From assembly GCA_937902905.1 (NCBI GenBank), contig CALELW010000112.1, positions 1,909-65,908 of the forward strand: DNA of 64,000 nt, written 5' to 3'. The stretch comes from an uncultured Clostridium sp. GTDB taxonomy: Bacteria; Bacillota; Clostridia; Lachnospirales; Lachnospiraceae. The translations under genes and the position numbers were made by a program. The first letter of the stretch is position 1; each line of letters opens with the position of its first letter. This document shows, piece by piece, positions 47,616 to 56,563 of this stretch. The notes under the pieces are model-generated. The model searched no databases and was not told the DNA's origin. It saw only the letters and a list, made by a program, of their open reading frames with translations.

Positions 47616-48071
47616 CTATACGTGATACCAGCCCCACAGTTCGACACATCCCTCACCTGACACATCATCTGCATTAAGTATCACCTCATCAGTTTTGGAA
47701 ATTTGCGTCGGTCTTGTTAATTTACTTTTTTCCGAATCATAAACAAACAACTCGGATTTGTTATTCATTGAGAGATTTCCCGCTGTAACAAACGGTAATC
47801 CTCTGAGCTTACTTGGCACTGTTCCTGTCATGTTTGGTATTGCAACATAGATATATACCAAACTTTCTATCTTTTTGTATATCCCCTTTGCACTAGCTAT
47901 GTTCGAATTGCTGCTATCACTCAGCACTCCGGTAAAAGTGCCGGATTCATAACTTGCTCCGCTTTCTCCGGCCGGTCCTGGTGGTCCTTGGATGCCCTGC
48001 ACGCCCTCCGGGCCTTCGTCTCCTGTGTCACCTTTCGGTCCTTTGAAGTTTCCAATCAAAACTTTTGCCAT
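47616..48071 (-). CDS. Collagen-like (Gly-X-Y) fibre protein
   Basis: GPKGDTGDEGPEGVQGIQGPPGPAGESG then YESGTFT beta-rich domain. Confidence 0.75.
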   Translation of the reverse strand: MAKVLIGNFKGPKGDTGDEGPEGVQGIQGPPGPAGESGASYESGTFTGVLSDSSNSNIASAKGIYKKIESLVYIYVAIPNMTGTVPSKLRGLPFVTAGNLSMNNKSELFVYDSEKSKLTRPTQISKTDEVILNADDVSGEGCVELWGWYHV

Positions 48072-48088
48072 CGTTTTCACCTTCTTTC

Positions 48089-48925
48089 TTACTCATCCGG
48101 CAGGATAACATAAACGTTTCCTTCGTCATCCGTCTCGAACTGTGGTGGATTGTCATTATCTGCGCATAGTGCGTACAAATTGCCGTCTTCGTCTCCGGTC
48201 AATGCGTAAAAACCGTTTATCGTCGTTATAATCCCGCTGTCTCCTCGTTCTCCTTGCTTTCCCGGCGGTCCTTGGATGCCCGGTACTCCTTGCGGTCCCT
48301 GAACACCTTCAACTCCTTGTAATCCTCGTTCTCCTTGCTTTCCCCTTTCTCCTTTGTACTCTCCGGAGGCAAGTTTTTTTACGAATTCATCATTTAATGC
48401 TTTGGTATCGTTTCGCAACTGTTCGCATCGTTCGACATCTGTTTCCGTTTTGCTTTTTATATCAATAAGTGCTGTTTGAACCTCCGATATCGCCGCTGTA
48501 ATTGCCGCATTTGTTACCGGATTCTTGCTTACGACATCCAGATACTCGTCCAGAGTGATTTCTTTCACTTTCAGCTCTGTCTTTTTTGCGCCGGCGCAAC
48601 TGTAAAGGTACGTCGTTGTTTTTTCGAGTTTCAATTCCCTGTACAGATTTTCGTTTCCCAAAATGTGTACGAACTTCGATTCAGTCACAGCGTCTACATA
48701 CCTAACATGTATCATCCCGGCATCCGATACATACTCGGTTGGTATCTGGATGTCTTTCGTCGTAACCGGCAAAGTCTTTTTGTAGTCACATCCGTAATAT
48801 ATTTCTAACTTTGCCGACGTTCCGGGATTGTATATGCGAAAATAAATAGCATTTTCTGCCGTCGATATCACATTCAGTTCCGGAACCAGCCCCTCCTCTG
48901 TATCTAATGTGATTACATTTTTCAA
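48089..48925 (-). CDS. Collagen-like (Gly-X-Y) fibre protein
   Basis: GERGKQGERGLQGVEGVQGPQGVPGIQGPPGKQGERGDSG; S.NPV.N.AIT motif. Confidence 0.75.
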   Translation of the reverse strand: MKNVITLDTEEGLVPELNVISTAENAIYFRIYNPGTSAKLEIYYGCDYKKTLPVTTKDIQIPTEYVSDAGMIHVRYVDAVTESKFVHILGNENLYRELKLEKTTTYLYSCAGAKKTELKVKEITLDEYLDVVSKNPVTNAAITAAISEVQTALIDIKSKTETDVERCEQLRNDTKALNDEFVKKLASGEYKGERGKQGERGLQGVEGVQGPQGVPGIQGPPGKQGERGDSGIITTINGFYALTGDEDGNLYALCADNDNPPQFETDDEGNVYVILPDE

Positions 48926-48949
48926 CTTGTCATCACCTCAAATTTCATT

Positions 48950-49045
48950 TTTCAAAAATCTCAAAAATTGGCTTTCTGCGAAAGGAGTGTCCCCCTTCAC
49001 AGTTGCCCCGCGACCTCTAATTTTCATCAAGAGGGGGGGGCGTAT
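48950..49045 (-). other. Candidate cos/packaging region
   Basis: C8 run and GC-rich non-coding stretch immediately after the HNH gene, the usual cos position in HNH-using phages. Confidence 0.35.
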
Positions 49046-49716
49046 CTTTCAAACCATTCTTCAATAAATCGTGTCCAATCAGTCTTGTCTCTCGCGTCCT
49101 CCGACACTTCTAAGCGGTTGAGACACTCTTCCTTTGTAGCTCTTATGAGTATCTCTCGCGCCCCTAATTCTTTCACAAGGCGCTCTCTTTCGCCTTGTAG
49201 AGGATAACCGCCGATAACGTACGCATTCGACCACTTTCCCTGACGATACCGCACAGATTCAACTAGTGCTTTATGCATTGCGAACACAATTGCTTTTAGT
49301 CTTGGCGGCTTCTCATATCGTGAAAGCCCTGAAATACATTCCCAAATTGAATCAATATCAACTATCAAGTCTCCTTTGTTCATTGCCTTATTAACATATG
49401 TCCTTTTACCTGCAAGCGGCGGACCATACACAAGATAGACCTGACGCTCCTTCGAGCCTAACTTCTCATGTATCCGATTATGACAAACATGGTGCACAAG
49501 CTGAATGTTCTCCGGATTCAATGACACCATGACATCGTTTACGTTCTCCTCTGTCAGATGTTCAATGTGATGTCCGATGCAGTCATAGTCTTTTACGATT
49601 GGCTTGCCGCAGTACTCACATATCGTCTGACCGTTTTCGTCTAGCCTTTGAAGTCGTATCAAGCGGACTGTCTTCCGCCATTCCCTCGACTGATAAAAGT
49701 TGGATAATGTTCTCAC
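49027..49716 (-). CDS. HNH endonuclease fused to a P-loop domain
   Basis: FYQSREWR, CEYCG, HHI...N...HHVCHNRIH; GPPLAGK. Confidence 0.82.
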   Translation of the reverse strand: MRTLSNFYQSREWRKTVRLIRLQRLDENGQTICEYCGKPIVKDYDCIGHHIEHLTEENVNDVMVSLNPENIQLVHHVCHNRIHEKLGSKERQVYLVYGPPLAGKRTYVNKAMNKGDLIVDIDSIWECISGLSRYEKPPRLKAIVFAMHKALVESVRYRQGKWSNAYVIGGYPLQGERERLVKELGAREILIRATKEECLNRLEVSEDARDKTDWTRFIEEWFERYAPPS

Positions 49717-50069
49717 CAGTCATCCTCCTTTTTGAATTGTCCTTGTGCTTTCGCTAATAGTTCCGACGCTCTCAACCTGTCACGCATCCGCTGCGCTTTG
49801 TCATTCATGGTTGCTGTCCAAAAGGCTTGCGTCTCCTTGATGTCCGCAATGTGTACCTCCGGGTCATTCATTGCTTCGTTTAGTAAATACTCCATGTAAG
49901 TTTGTACTGCCGGATGTGCCACTACTTTGTAGGCGTGGCCGCGAGCGTACTTTTTCGAGTAGCCTGCCATAAGTACCGCTCTTTCGGCGTTTCCTGCCGC
50001 TGCTCCTAAAAAGTATTTTGCCACTAATTTGTGCTGAGGCTTAACCTTTGGCTCTTCCATATGTCTCAC
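49713..50069 (-). CDS. Terminase-small-subunit-like HTH protein
   Basis: NAERAVLMAGYSKKYA...DRLRASELLAK. Confidence 0.65.
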   Translation of the reverse strand: MRHMEEPKVKPQHKLVAKYFLGAAAGNAERAVLMAGYSKKYARGHAYKVVAHPAVQTYMEYLLNEAMNDPEVHIADIKETQAFWTATMNDKAQRMRDRLRASELLAKAQGQFKKEDDW

Positions 50070-50082
50070 CTCATCCCTGTCT

Positions 50083-50871
50083 CTAAATCTTTTTCGTGTA
50101 CTCCAGTTTCACCCAGCCTTTGGATGTCTTTCCCCATCCATTGGTTTCTTCTGTAATCTTAAGCGTAGAGCCATACGGATACGCCATCACTGTGCCGTAC
50201 TTTGTACCCGGTCCTTTTCGACAGTTCAGTCCGCTCTTCGCTGTTACTTTTACTGTTTTGCTGGAATCCTTTTTCTTCGTCGCCGTCTTTGTTTCTGTTT
50301 TTGTTTCTGTTTTATGCGCTGGCTTGGCTGTGCTTTTTCCGGTAAGACCGGCAACAATCGCCTTCGCCATCTTTCCGGCATCAAACAGCTTCGCATCGTC
50401 CTTGTCATCCACGAAGCAGCACTCTATCAAAAGAGCCGGTGCCTTAGTGTGATTCAATACATAGAGGTCTTTTCTGACCTTTACGCCTCTGTTCTTAAAT
50501 CCAAGTTTTGAAATCTCTTCACAGATACGAGTTGCTTTTTCCTTTGCTTTACTGTTTTCACTAGCAATATAAACTTCCACGCCTGTGGTCTTTCCATTGC
50601 CTTTCTTGTCGCCCACTCCACAGTTGAGATGTATTGATACATCCACATCCACGGTGTGCGTATTACACTTTGCGACGATTTTCCTCAGGATGTCTCCCTG
50701 CGATGTTCCATTGTTCACCGTACAATCGTACGCTGTGTGTCCTGCTGCCTTTAATGATTTGATTGCTGCATTCTTTACGTTCCGGGCTTCTGTCGACTCT
50801 TTCAAAAAGCCAGTCGCCCCACATGCTACTTTTCCATCCGGATTATGTCCGGCGTGCATATTAATTTTCAT
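50083..50871 (-). CDS. Endolysin, Amidase_3 plus SH3b
   Basis: HAGH, E, VSIHLN, ALLIECCFVD; LNCRKGPGT...WGKT..GWV. Confidence 0.92.
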   Translation of the reverse strand: MKINMHAGHNPDGKVACGATGFLKESTEARNVKNAAIKSLKAAGHTAYDCTVNNGTSQGDILRKIVAKCNTHTVDVDVSIHLNCGVGDKKGNGKTTGVEVYIASENSKAKEKATRICEEISKLGFKNRGVKVRKDLYVLNHTKAPALLIECCFVDDKDDAKLFDAGKMAKAIVAGLTGKSTAKPAHKTETKTETKTATKKKDSSKTVKVTAKSGLNCRKGPGTKYGTVMAYPYGSTLKITEETNGWGKTSKGWVKLEYTKKI

Positions 50872-51103
50872 GTTCAAGCCTCCTATTCTCTTTTTCTGAC
50901 ATTTCCAAGTCCTCAATGCGATGCTCGCACACTTTCATTTTTTCTTCCACGACTGGCATACGCTCCGCAAAATTGTTATGCTTATCCACCTTTTTTTCCA
51001 ACTGTTCGATCCGGTACGACATCAACCTCATACCACTAAAGGAGCCGATTACCGTTCCCGCTAAACTGAGGACACCAACAATCACCGACTCAAGCATCCG
51101 CAT
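50861..51103 (-). CDS. Lysis-module membrane protein
   Basis: N-terminal TM then YRIEQLEKKVDKHNN coiled coil; between holin and lysin. Confidence 0.7.
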   Translation of the reverse strand: MRMLESVIVGVLSLAGTVIGSFSGMRLMSYRIEQLEKKVDKHNNFAERMPVVEEKMKVCEHRIEDLEMSEKENRRLEHEN

Positions 51104-51311
51104 CGTCCTCCTGATAGTTTTTCTTGCTCAGTCCCAACAGACCTGCAAGAGCTGTATCTGCTGCCGTGATAGTTCCTACAATCTGCTCCACGTACGAGAT
51201 ATTCCATATCGTACCCAGCGCAAATATAAACGTCCCCAACGTAGGCAGTCCATACATCGCCCACCACTTAAGCCTGTCGTATGTTCCATCTTTCAATTTG
51301 AATTTTCTCAT
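51090..51311 (-). CDS. Holin (Dp-1 family-like)
   Basis: YDRLKW.A...LP.LGT...IW......IVGTITA...LGLS. Confidence 0.8.
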   Translation of the reverse strand: MRKFKLKDGTYDRLKWWAMYGLPTLGTFIFALGTIWNISYVEQIVGTITAADTALAGLLGLSKKNYQEDDADA

Positions 51312-51386
51312 GTTCCGCACTCCTTTCCTTAACTTTTTCCATACCATAACATGAAAAGGAGTTCCGTGAGTCCTAAACTTTTGCAT

Positions 51387-51414
51387 AAAAAAATAGGCAA
51401 CCGAAGTCACCTAT
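51387..51414 (-). terminator. Intrinsic terminator inside the right phage end
   Basis: ATAGGTGAC-TTCG-GTTGCCTAT-TTTTTT on the minus strand. Confidence 0.8.
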
Positions 51415-51447
51415 GCAATGCCCTTTTTCTCGTTATTCAATTCAATT

Positions 51448-51467
51448 TGAAGTAAATTTGAAGTAAA
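51448..51467. promoter_or_regulatory. Putative integrase arm-type sites (TGAAGTAAA x2)
   Basis: Tandem 11-bp-spaced copies matching those near attL. Confidence 0.65.
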
Positions 51468-51523
51468 ACCGTTTTTTGATAGCCGCAAATGTACCGATTT
51501 ATCGGTATTTTTCTTTATTTTTC

Positions 51524-51549
51524 GCACTCATTCAAGTCGACTGCTAACA
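51524..51549 (+). repeat. attR core
   Basis: Identical to 17475-17500. Confidence 0.93.
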
Positions 51550-51977
51550 ATTTCATGTTTCTTTATAAATTGCAGACAATTGTCATCCCACGCCTGCTGT
51601 CCTTTTTTATCCAGAGAAAACTCCTTTTGCATATATCCGGTCACAAACTGAAGTTTTTCTTTTTCATAGCGGATTTGAATCGAGCCGACATCTCCATTTG
51701 GCATGTAATGACAAAAATCAAATAGCATTTTCTGTGGCACCTTATTTCCTTTTATCCACGAAAAGACAAATGTTTTCATCATATTCCATGTGACCAGACC
51801 GGTTTGGTCTGTTCGTTTTTCGTCACTGTCAAACCACTCTTCAAAACATCTGCCATCAATATGAAACGTGGCAAATGTTACCACCTCGCAGGAACGCAGG
51901 TGAAAACGGTCAAACATACTGCCCTGAAACATATGCTGCATAAATTCTTTTACGCTGTCAATTTCCAATACAATCAT
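51528..51977 (-). CDS. Conserved hypothetical protein (DUF5721-like); 3' end lies in the att core
   Basis: VKEFMQHMF....FD.F...TFATFHIDG...IKG...P; ends VSSRLE*. Confidence 0.75.
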   Translation of the reverse strand: MIVLEIDSVKEFMQHMFQGSMFDRFHLRSCEVVTFATFHIDGRCFEEWFDSDEKRTDQTGLVTWNMMKTFVFSWIKGNKVPQKMLFDFCHYMPNGDVGSIQIRYEKEKLQFVTGYMQKEFSLDKKGQQAWDDNCLQFIKKHEIVSSRLE

Positions 51978-52066
51978 TTCGTATATTATCCTTCCTAATT
52001 GCTCATACTAGCATTGTTACAAAGTAACCTAAATTCACCGATACGGTGAAAGAATGGAGGCAGATT

Positions 52067-52258
52067 ATGCGTGCAGATGAGCAAACTTACCGCGATGTAG
52101 CAAAAAACTGTAGTGCCTATGAAGTAAAGGACTGCTGTAGCTGCAGCAACAAATCCGGCGATGTCAATGTTTCCTGCGTAACATGTAAACATTTTACGTC
52201 AGACAAACATTGTTCTTTGGATTTGTTCGACCCAATCGTGGAAAACCACAATCTTTAG
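52067..52258 (+). CDS. Small Cys-rich protein
   Basis: GGAGG RBS; C...CCSC...SCVTCKHF...C. Confidence 0.6.
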   Translation: MRADEQTYRDVAKNCSAYEVKDCCSCSNKSGDVNVSCVTCKHFTSDKHCSLDLFDPIVENHNL

Positions 52259-54111
52259 GCATTTTTATGCCCTTTTGCCGGGATTTTCTTTTTGCTGGGA
52301 GTCCCGGCAGTTTTTTTAACCGGTACATTTTCAAAAACAGCAATTGAGCGCGGTGCCAGCTCGTATTTCTTCCCATCCGCCGCCTTTTCTGGCACATTGG
52401 AGGTGTCTAACACTCGTTTCCATTCTTTATTTTCTTCAATATCCGGGAGATAAAATACATGTGGCTCCCAGTGAAAATTAAATGCAAAATATAAGGAATT
52501 CCCGCCATAATAGCCACCGAAAAACAAAACACCAAGTTCCCTGCTATAATATGAAAACCTTGCATTCCACGGCTCTACTCCGTGACAGGATACATCCGGT
52601 GCGCCAAGCCCCTCCGAATCCATACCGGTCAGATACCGTCTGCTCTGATAGAGTGGATGTTCCTTACGAAACTCAATCAACTTCTTTACATAGGAAAATA
52701 AATCTTTATTTTTCTCTAACAGACTCCAGTCAAGCCACGTAATCGCATTATCCTGACAATATGCATTATTATTGCCTTTTTGTGTATTTCCAAATTCATC
52801 CCCCGAAAGAATTCTCGGCGATGCCATGCCAAGCATAAGCATAAGAAATGCATTTCGTTCCTGACTGGCACGTTTTTCACGTACTTCTTTTTTTCTCGAA
52901 GGTCCTTCTGCTCCACAGTTCCAACTATAGTTATATTCTGTTCCATCGAGATTTTTTTCTCCGTTTGCCTCGTTATGCTTCACATCATAAGACACCAAAT
53001 CCCGCAAAGTAAATCCGTTATGCCCGGTAATCGAGTGAACCATGGCAACTCCTTTTTTCTGCTCACGGAATTGATAATAAAAATCCTCAACCTGTCCTTC
53101 ATCACTTTTTAGAAAACGCCTTGCTGTCACCAAAAAACGGTCATTCATCTCACAGAACATTTCCTGACCGGCTTCATAGCCGCATTCATCCCAGTGATAG
53201 CCAAATAATTTCAAATGCGAAAGAACCGGATCCTGTCTCAGCCATTCAATAGACACACACTCCTGATTAAATCGGAACCCATCGATATGAAAACGCAGTG
53301 CATAATACCGCATACAAGTGAGCATAAATTCAGGTGACACATCCTTAAAATAAAAATCCATCACCACATTCATTCCCTGAGCATGAACTGCTTTAATCAG
53401 TTTTTGAAATTCTTTTACCTGTCCGCCTGCTTTTGCCGCATAGCCGGCTTTCGGTGCAAAATAAAACGCATCCTCTGTATAGCCCCAGTAATTAACCTTT
53501 TTCAAATCCACGCCATTTTCATCGTGCATACATTCATTAAAGTCATATGCCGGCATGAGTAACAGCGTATTTACCCCTAAATCTTTGAGATACGGAATCT
53601 TTTCCTCCATGCCGGAAAATGTACCTGGATTTTTTACATTTGACGACTTATGTTTCGTAAATCCACGGATGTGGCATTGATACAAAATCATATCACGTGC
53701 CGGAATTTTTTTCCAATTTTCTCCTGTCCAGTCAAATTCTTGAAAATCAAAACAGGCTCTCACTTTTCCCTGACGTCTGCCAAAGCGCTCTCTTCCGGTA
53801 ATCATTCTGGCATAAGAATCTATAAAAGTTTCACCATCGGCTACAAAAAAATAAGGCATTCCCTGAAGCCTATCTGCCAAATTCTCCGCTTGTAAGACAA
53901 CTGTAAAATAATCTTCCATCCCGCACATCTTCGCCGGATACATCGGAAACAGTTTCCGCTTTCCCTCTTCTATAACTGCCAACTGACATTTCTTCGCTTT
54001 CGGCCGCCAGACAGAAACCAAAACCTCATTTTCATTCTGTTTTCTGACACCGCATGAAAATTCCTGCTGCATCTCATATGGTCTTGTCTTTATCATCTCG
54101 AATAATGTCAT
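52255..54111 (-). CDS. GlgX/isoamylase-like GH13 protein lacking the catalytic triad
   Basis: NYWGY, DGFRF, GFTLRDLVSY, NYSWNCG.EG, GNNNAYCQDN. Confidence 0.85.
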   Translation of the reverse strand: MTLFEMIKTRPYEMQQEFSCGVRKQNENEVLVSVWRPKAKKCQLAVIEEGKRKLFPMYPAKMCGMEDYFTVVLQAENLADRLQGMPYFFVADGETFIDSYARMITGRERFGRRQGKVRACFDFQEFDWTGENWKKIPARDMILYQCHIRGFTKHKSSNVKNPGTFSGMEEKIPYLKDLGVNTLLLMPAYDFNECMHDENGVDLKKVNYWGYTEDAFYFAPKAGYAAKAGGQVKEFQKLIKAVHAQGMNVVMDFYFKDVSPEFMLTCMRYYALRFHIDGFRFNQECVSIEWLRQDPVLSHLKLFGYHWDECGYEAGQEMFCEMNDRFLVTARRFLKSDEGQVEDFYYQFREQKKGVAMVHSITGHNGFTLRDLVSYDVKHNEANGEKNLDGTEYNYSWNCGAEGPSRKKEVREKRASQERNAFLMLMLGMASPRILSGDEFGNTQKGNNNAYCQDNAITWLDWSLLEKNKDLFSYVKKLIEFRKEHPLYQSRRYLTGMDSEGLGAPDVSCHGVEPWNARFSYYSRELGVLFFGGYYGGNSLYFAFNFHWEPHVFYLPDIEENKEWKRVLDTSNVPEKAADGKKYELAPRSIAVFENVPVKKTAGTPSKKKIPAKGHKNA

Positions 54112-54260
54112 GCAATCCTTCCTCCGTAATTTCTAAAACAATTCGTCCAATTTAAGAACTTTTCTTTTATTATACCGAAAAAGAGTGGAAGTAACAAGAA
54201 AAATATGATAAAATAGAAGTCGACACAAATAATCTACAAATTTGGGAAAGGAGATTTTTT

Positions 54261-54905
54261 ATGTTATTAGACAGAGAATACAAAGTACCTTCCAAAACGA
54301 ACAGCAAAATCAATTTAAAAGTCGTTCCGGGACATTTTGCAACGACATCTTCACACATTAATTTTTATATGGATATGACCACCTTAAAAGTTCGCCAAAA
54401 GGAAGCTTATGAAGTAGCAAGAGAAATGGCAAAAGAATACCAGTACAGCAAACCGATTGACACCATCGTATGTATGGACGGCTGTGAAATCATCGGTGCC
54501 TGCTTAGCAGAAGAACTGAACAAAAACGGTATTATGTCATTAAACCAGCATGACAGTCTGTATGTCATTACACCGGAGTTTGACGGAAACGGACAGATGA
54601 TTTTCCGCGACAACTTACAGCCGATGGTAAGAGGAAAGAACATCCTTCTTCTTTTGGCATCCGCAACAACCGGACGTACCATTGCCAGAAGTCTGGAGTG
54701 TATTCAATACTACGGCGGTATCATTCAGGGCATTTCAGCAATCTTCAGTGCGGCAAAAGAAATTTACGGTGAGCCTGTCCACTGCATCTTCTCAACAGAG
54801 GATTTGCCGGACTATAACACCTTTACGCCAAGTGAATGTCCACACTGCAAAAACAAAGAAAAAATTGATGCGATTGTAAACGGATTCGGATATTCCGAAC
54901 TGTAA
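54261..54905 (+). CDS. Type I phosphoribosyltransferase-fold protein (PyrE-like)
   Basis: GHFAT..SH.N.Y; degenerate PRPP loop LLLLASATTG; CPHC. Confidence 0.7.
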   Translation: MLLDREYKVPSKTNSKINLKVVPGHFATTSSHINFYMDMTTLKVRQKEAYEVAREMAKEYQYSKPIDTIVCMDGCEIIGACLAEELNKNGIMSLNQHDSLYVITPEFDGNGQMIFRDNLQPMVRGKNILLLLASATTGRTIARSLECIQYYGGIIQGISAIFSAAKEIYGEPVHCIFSTEDLPDYNTFTPSECPHCKNKEKIDAIVNGFGYSEL

Positions 54906-54918
54906 ATCGTACATATTT

Positions 54919-54969
54919 AAAACGGTAAATCACTGAAAATATGCTTTCTAAGTGATTTACCGTTTTTTT
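54919..54969. terminator. Bidirectional terminator
   Basis: AAAACGGTAAATCACT...AGTGATTTACCGTTTT inverted repeat between convergent genes. Confidence 0.75.
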
Positions 54970-54970
54970 A

Positions 54971-56428
54971 TTATTTCAACTGTTTCAATATTTCAAGTAA
55001 ATATTCCCACGTTCGTTTCACGCTTTCCACATCCATACTCTCTTTCGGCGTGTGGATATCTTTCATATCCGGTCCAAACGAGACACAGTCAAGTCCCGGT
55101 ATTTTCCCGGCAAAAATACCACATTCCACACCTGCATGAAGTGCCTCCACAATAGGTTTTCTGCCATATTGCTCTTCAAATATCCGGCACATCAAATCAC
55201 GCAGCGGTGAATTTTCCAGATACTCCCATGCCGGATAATCTCCATTTGTGGTAACCGTGCCGCCTAATGTTTTTGTCAGACAAGCAATCTGGTCAAGCAG
55301 CACCCGCTTTTCCGACTCCACACTGCTTCGCACCGAGAACGACAGTGAAACATGGTCTTTCTCCGTCTTCATAATTCCTAAATTTAACGAAGTCTGGACA
55401 AGTCCTTTCATTTGAAAACTCATCTTCTGAATTCCTCCCGGCAGACAAAGAAGGGCGGTAATCACCCTATCCGCGGAATCTTTCGTCATTGTCAATTCTT
55501 TTTCTACAGCTGTAGTTTTCTTTGCCTCCACCAAAATCAATGGGTCTGTTTCCAAAAACTCATGTTTTATTTCAGCGGAAATCTCCGCAATCTTTGTATT
55601 GATTTCAGACTGCCATTTTTTCGGACATACAATGACTGCTTCTGCCTGTCTCGGAATGGCATTATCTTTCAAACCACCATTTAAGGAGCACAGAGAAAAT
55701 GGAATTTCTTTATGCAGTTCATAGAGAACCCTTCCCAATATCTGGCAAGCATTGGCGCGCCCCTTATCAATTTCGACACCGGAATGTCCTCCCATTAAAC
55801 CACTGACCGAAATAACGTATTTTATACCATCGCCCGTCTCAAAGGAAAGTGGAAGTTCCACCTGCGCCGTCACACCGCCGGCACAGCTGACTAACAAATG
55901 CCCCTCATCTTCGGAATCCAGATTCAGCATCGTTTTTGCATAAAGAGGCGAGGCATCCAAAGCCGTGGCACCTAACATTCCGATTTCCTCATCTACCGTA
56001 AACACAACCTCTAACGGTGGATGAGGATACTCATCCGTCTCCAATAAAGCAAGGGCATACGCAACGGCAATACCGTCATCTCCGCCAAGCGTCGTTTTTT
56101 CTGCTGTCACAATCCCGTCTTTCACTTGCAGACAAAGTCCATCCGTCTCAAAATCAATGTCACAGCCCTCTTCTTTTTCGCAGACCATATCCAAATGCCC
56201 CTGCAGCATAACCGGAGCCGAATTCTCATATCCTTTTGTGCCATCTTTCCATATTATCACATTGTTATATTCATCCTGCAAATAAGTAAGTTGATGTTCT
56301 TTTGCAAAAGAAACACAATAATCACTGATTTTTTTCGTATTTCCTGAACCGTGCGGTATTCCACAGATTTCTTCAAAATAATACATCACACGTGCCGGTT
56401 CTAATGCTTGCAAAACACTCATTGCCAA
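54971..56428 (-). CDS. pepD: Aminoacyl-histidine dipeptidase (M20)
   Basis: QGHLDMVC, LGGDDG, DEEIG, GGHSG, HAGVECG. Confidence 0.93.
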   Translation of the reverse strand: MAMSVLQALEPARVMYYFEEICGIPHGSGNTKKISDYCVSFAKEHQLTYLQDEYNNVIIWKDGTKGYENSAPVMLQGHLDMVCEKEEGCDIDFETDGLCLQVKDGIVTAEKTTLGGDDGIAVAYALALLETDEYPHPPLEVVFTVDEEIGMLGATALDASPLYAKTMLNLDSEDEGHLLVSCAGGVTAQVELPLSFETGDGIKYVISVSGLMGGHSGVEIDKGRANACQILGRVLYELHKEIPFSLCSLNGGLKDNAIPRQAEAVIVCPKKWQSEINTKIAEISAEIKHEFLETDPLILVEAKKTTAVEKELTMTKDSADRVITALLCLPGGIQKMSFQMKGLVQTSLNLGIMKTEKDHVSLSFSVRSSVESEKRVLLDQIACLTKTLGGTVTTNGDYPAWEYLENSPLRDLMCRIFEEQYGRKPIVEALHAGVECGIFAGKIPGLDCVSFGPDMKDIHTPKESMDVESVKRTWEYLLEILKQLK

Positions 56429-56563
56429 TTCCTCCTATCTCTGTGTAAACTTTTTCACTTCTATTGTATGAATCCACATTCTCTGTGTCAAGCAATTGTA
56501 ATTTACCCAAAAAGGTGCTAAACTATGTTTATTAACTTTGCAAAGAATGGAGATTATTATGCT

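Larger units (their letters stand above)
17475..51549. mobile_element. Prophage, siphovirus-type (HK97-like head, long non-contractile tail), unit length 34,049 bp
   Basis: Integrase, repressor, terminase/portal/capsid/tail and lysis genes between two identical 26-bp repeats. Confidence 0.95.

Noticed and set aside
51492..51507. TACCGAT-TT-ATCGGTA dyad next to attR
   Set aside because: Single copy; cannot tell a + strand terminator from a protein-binding site
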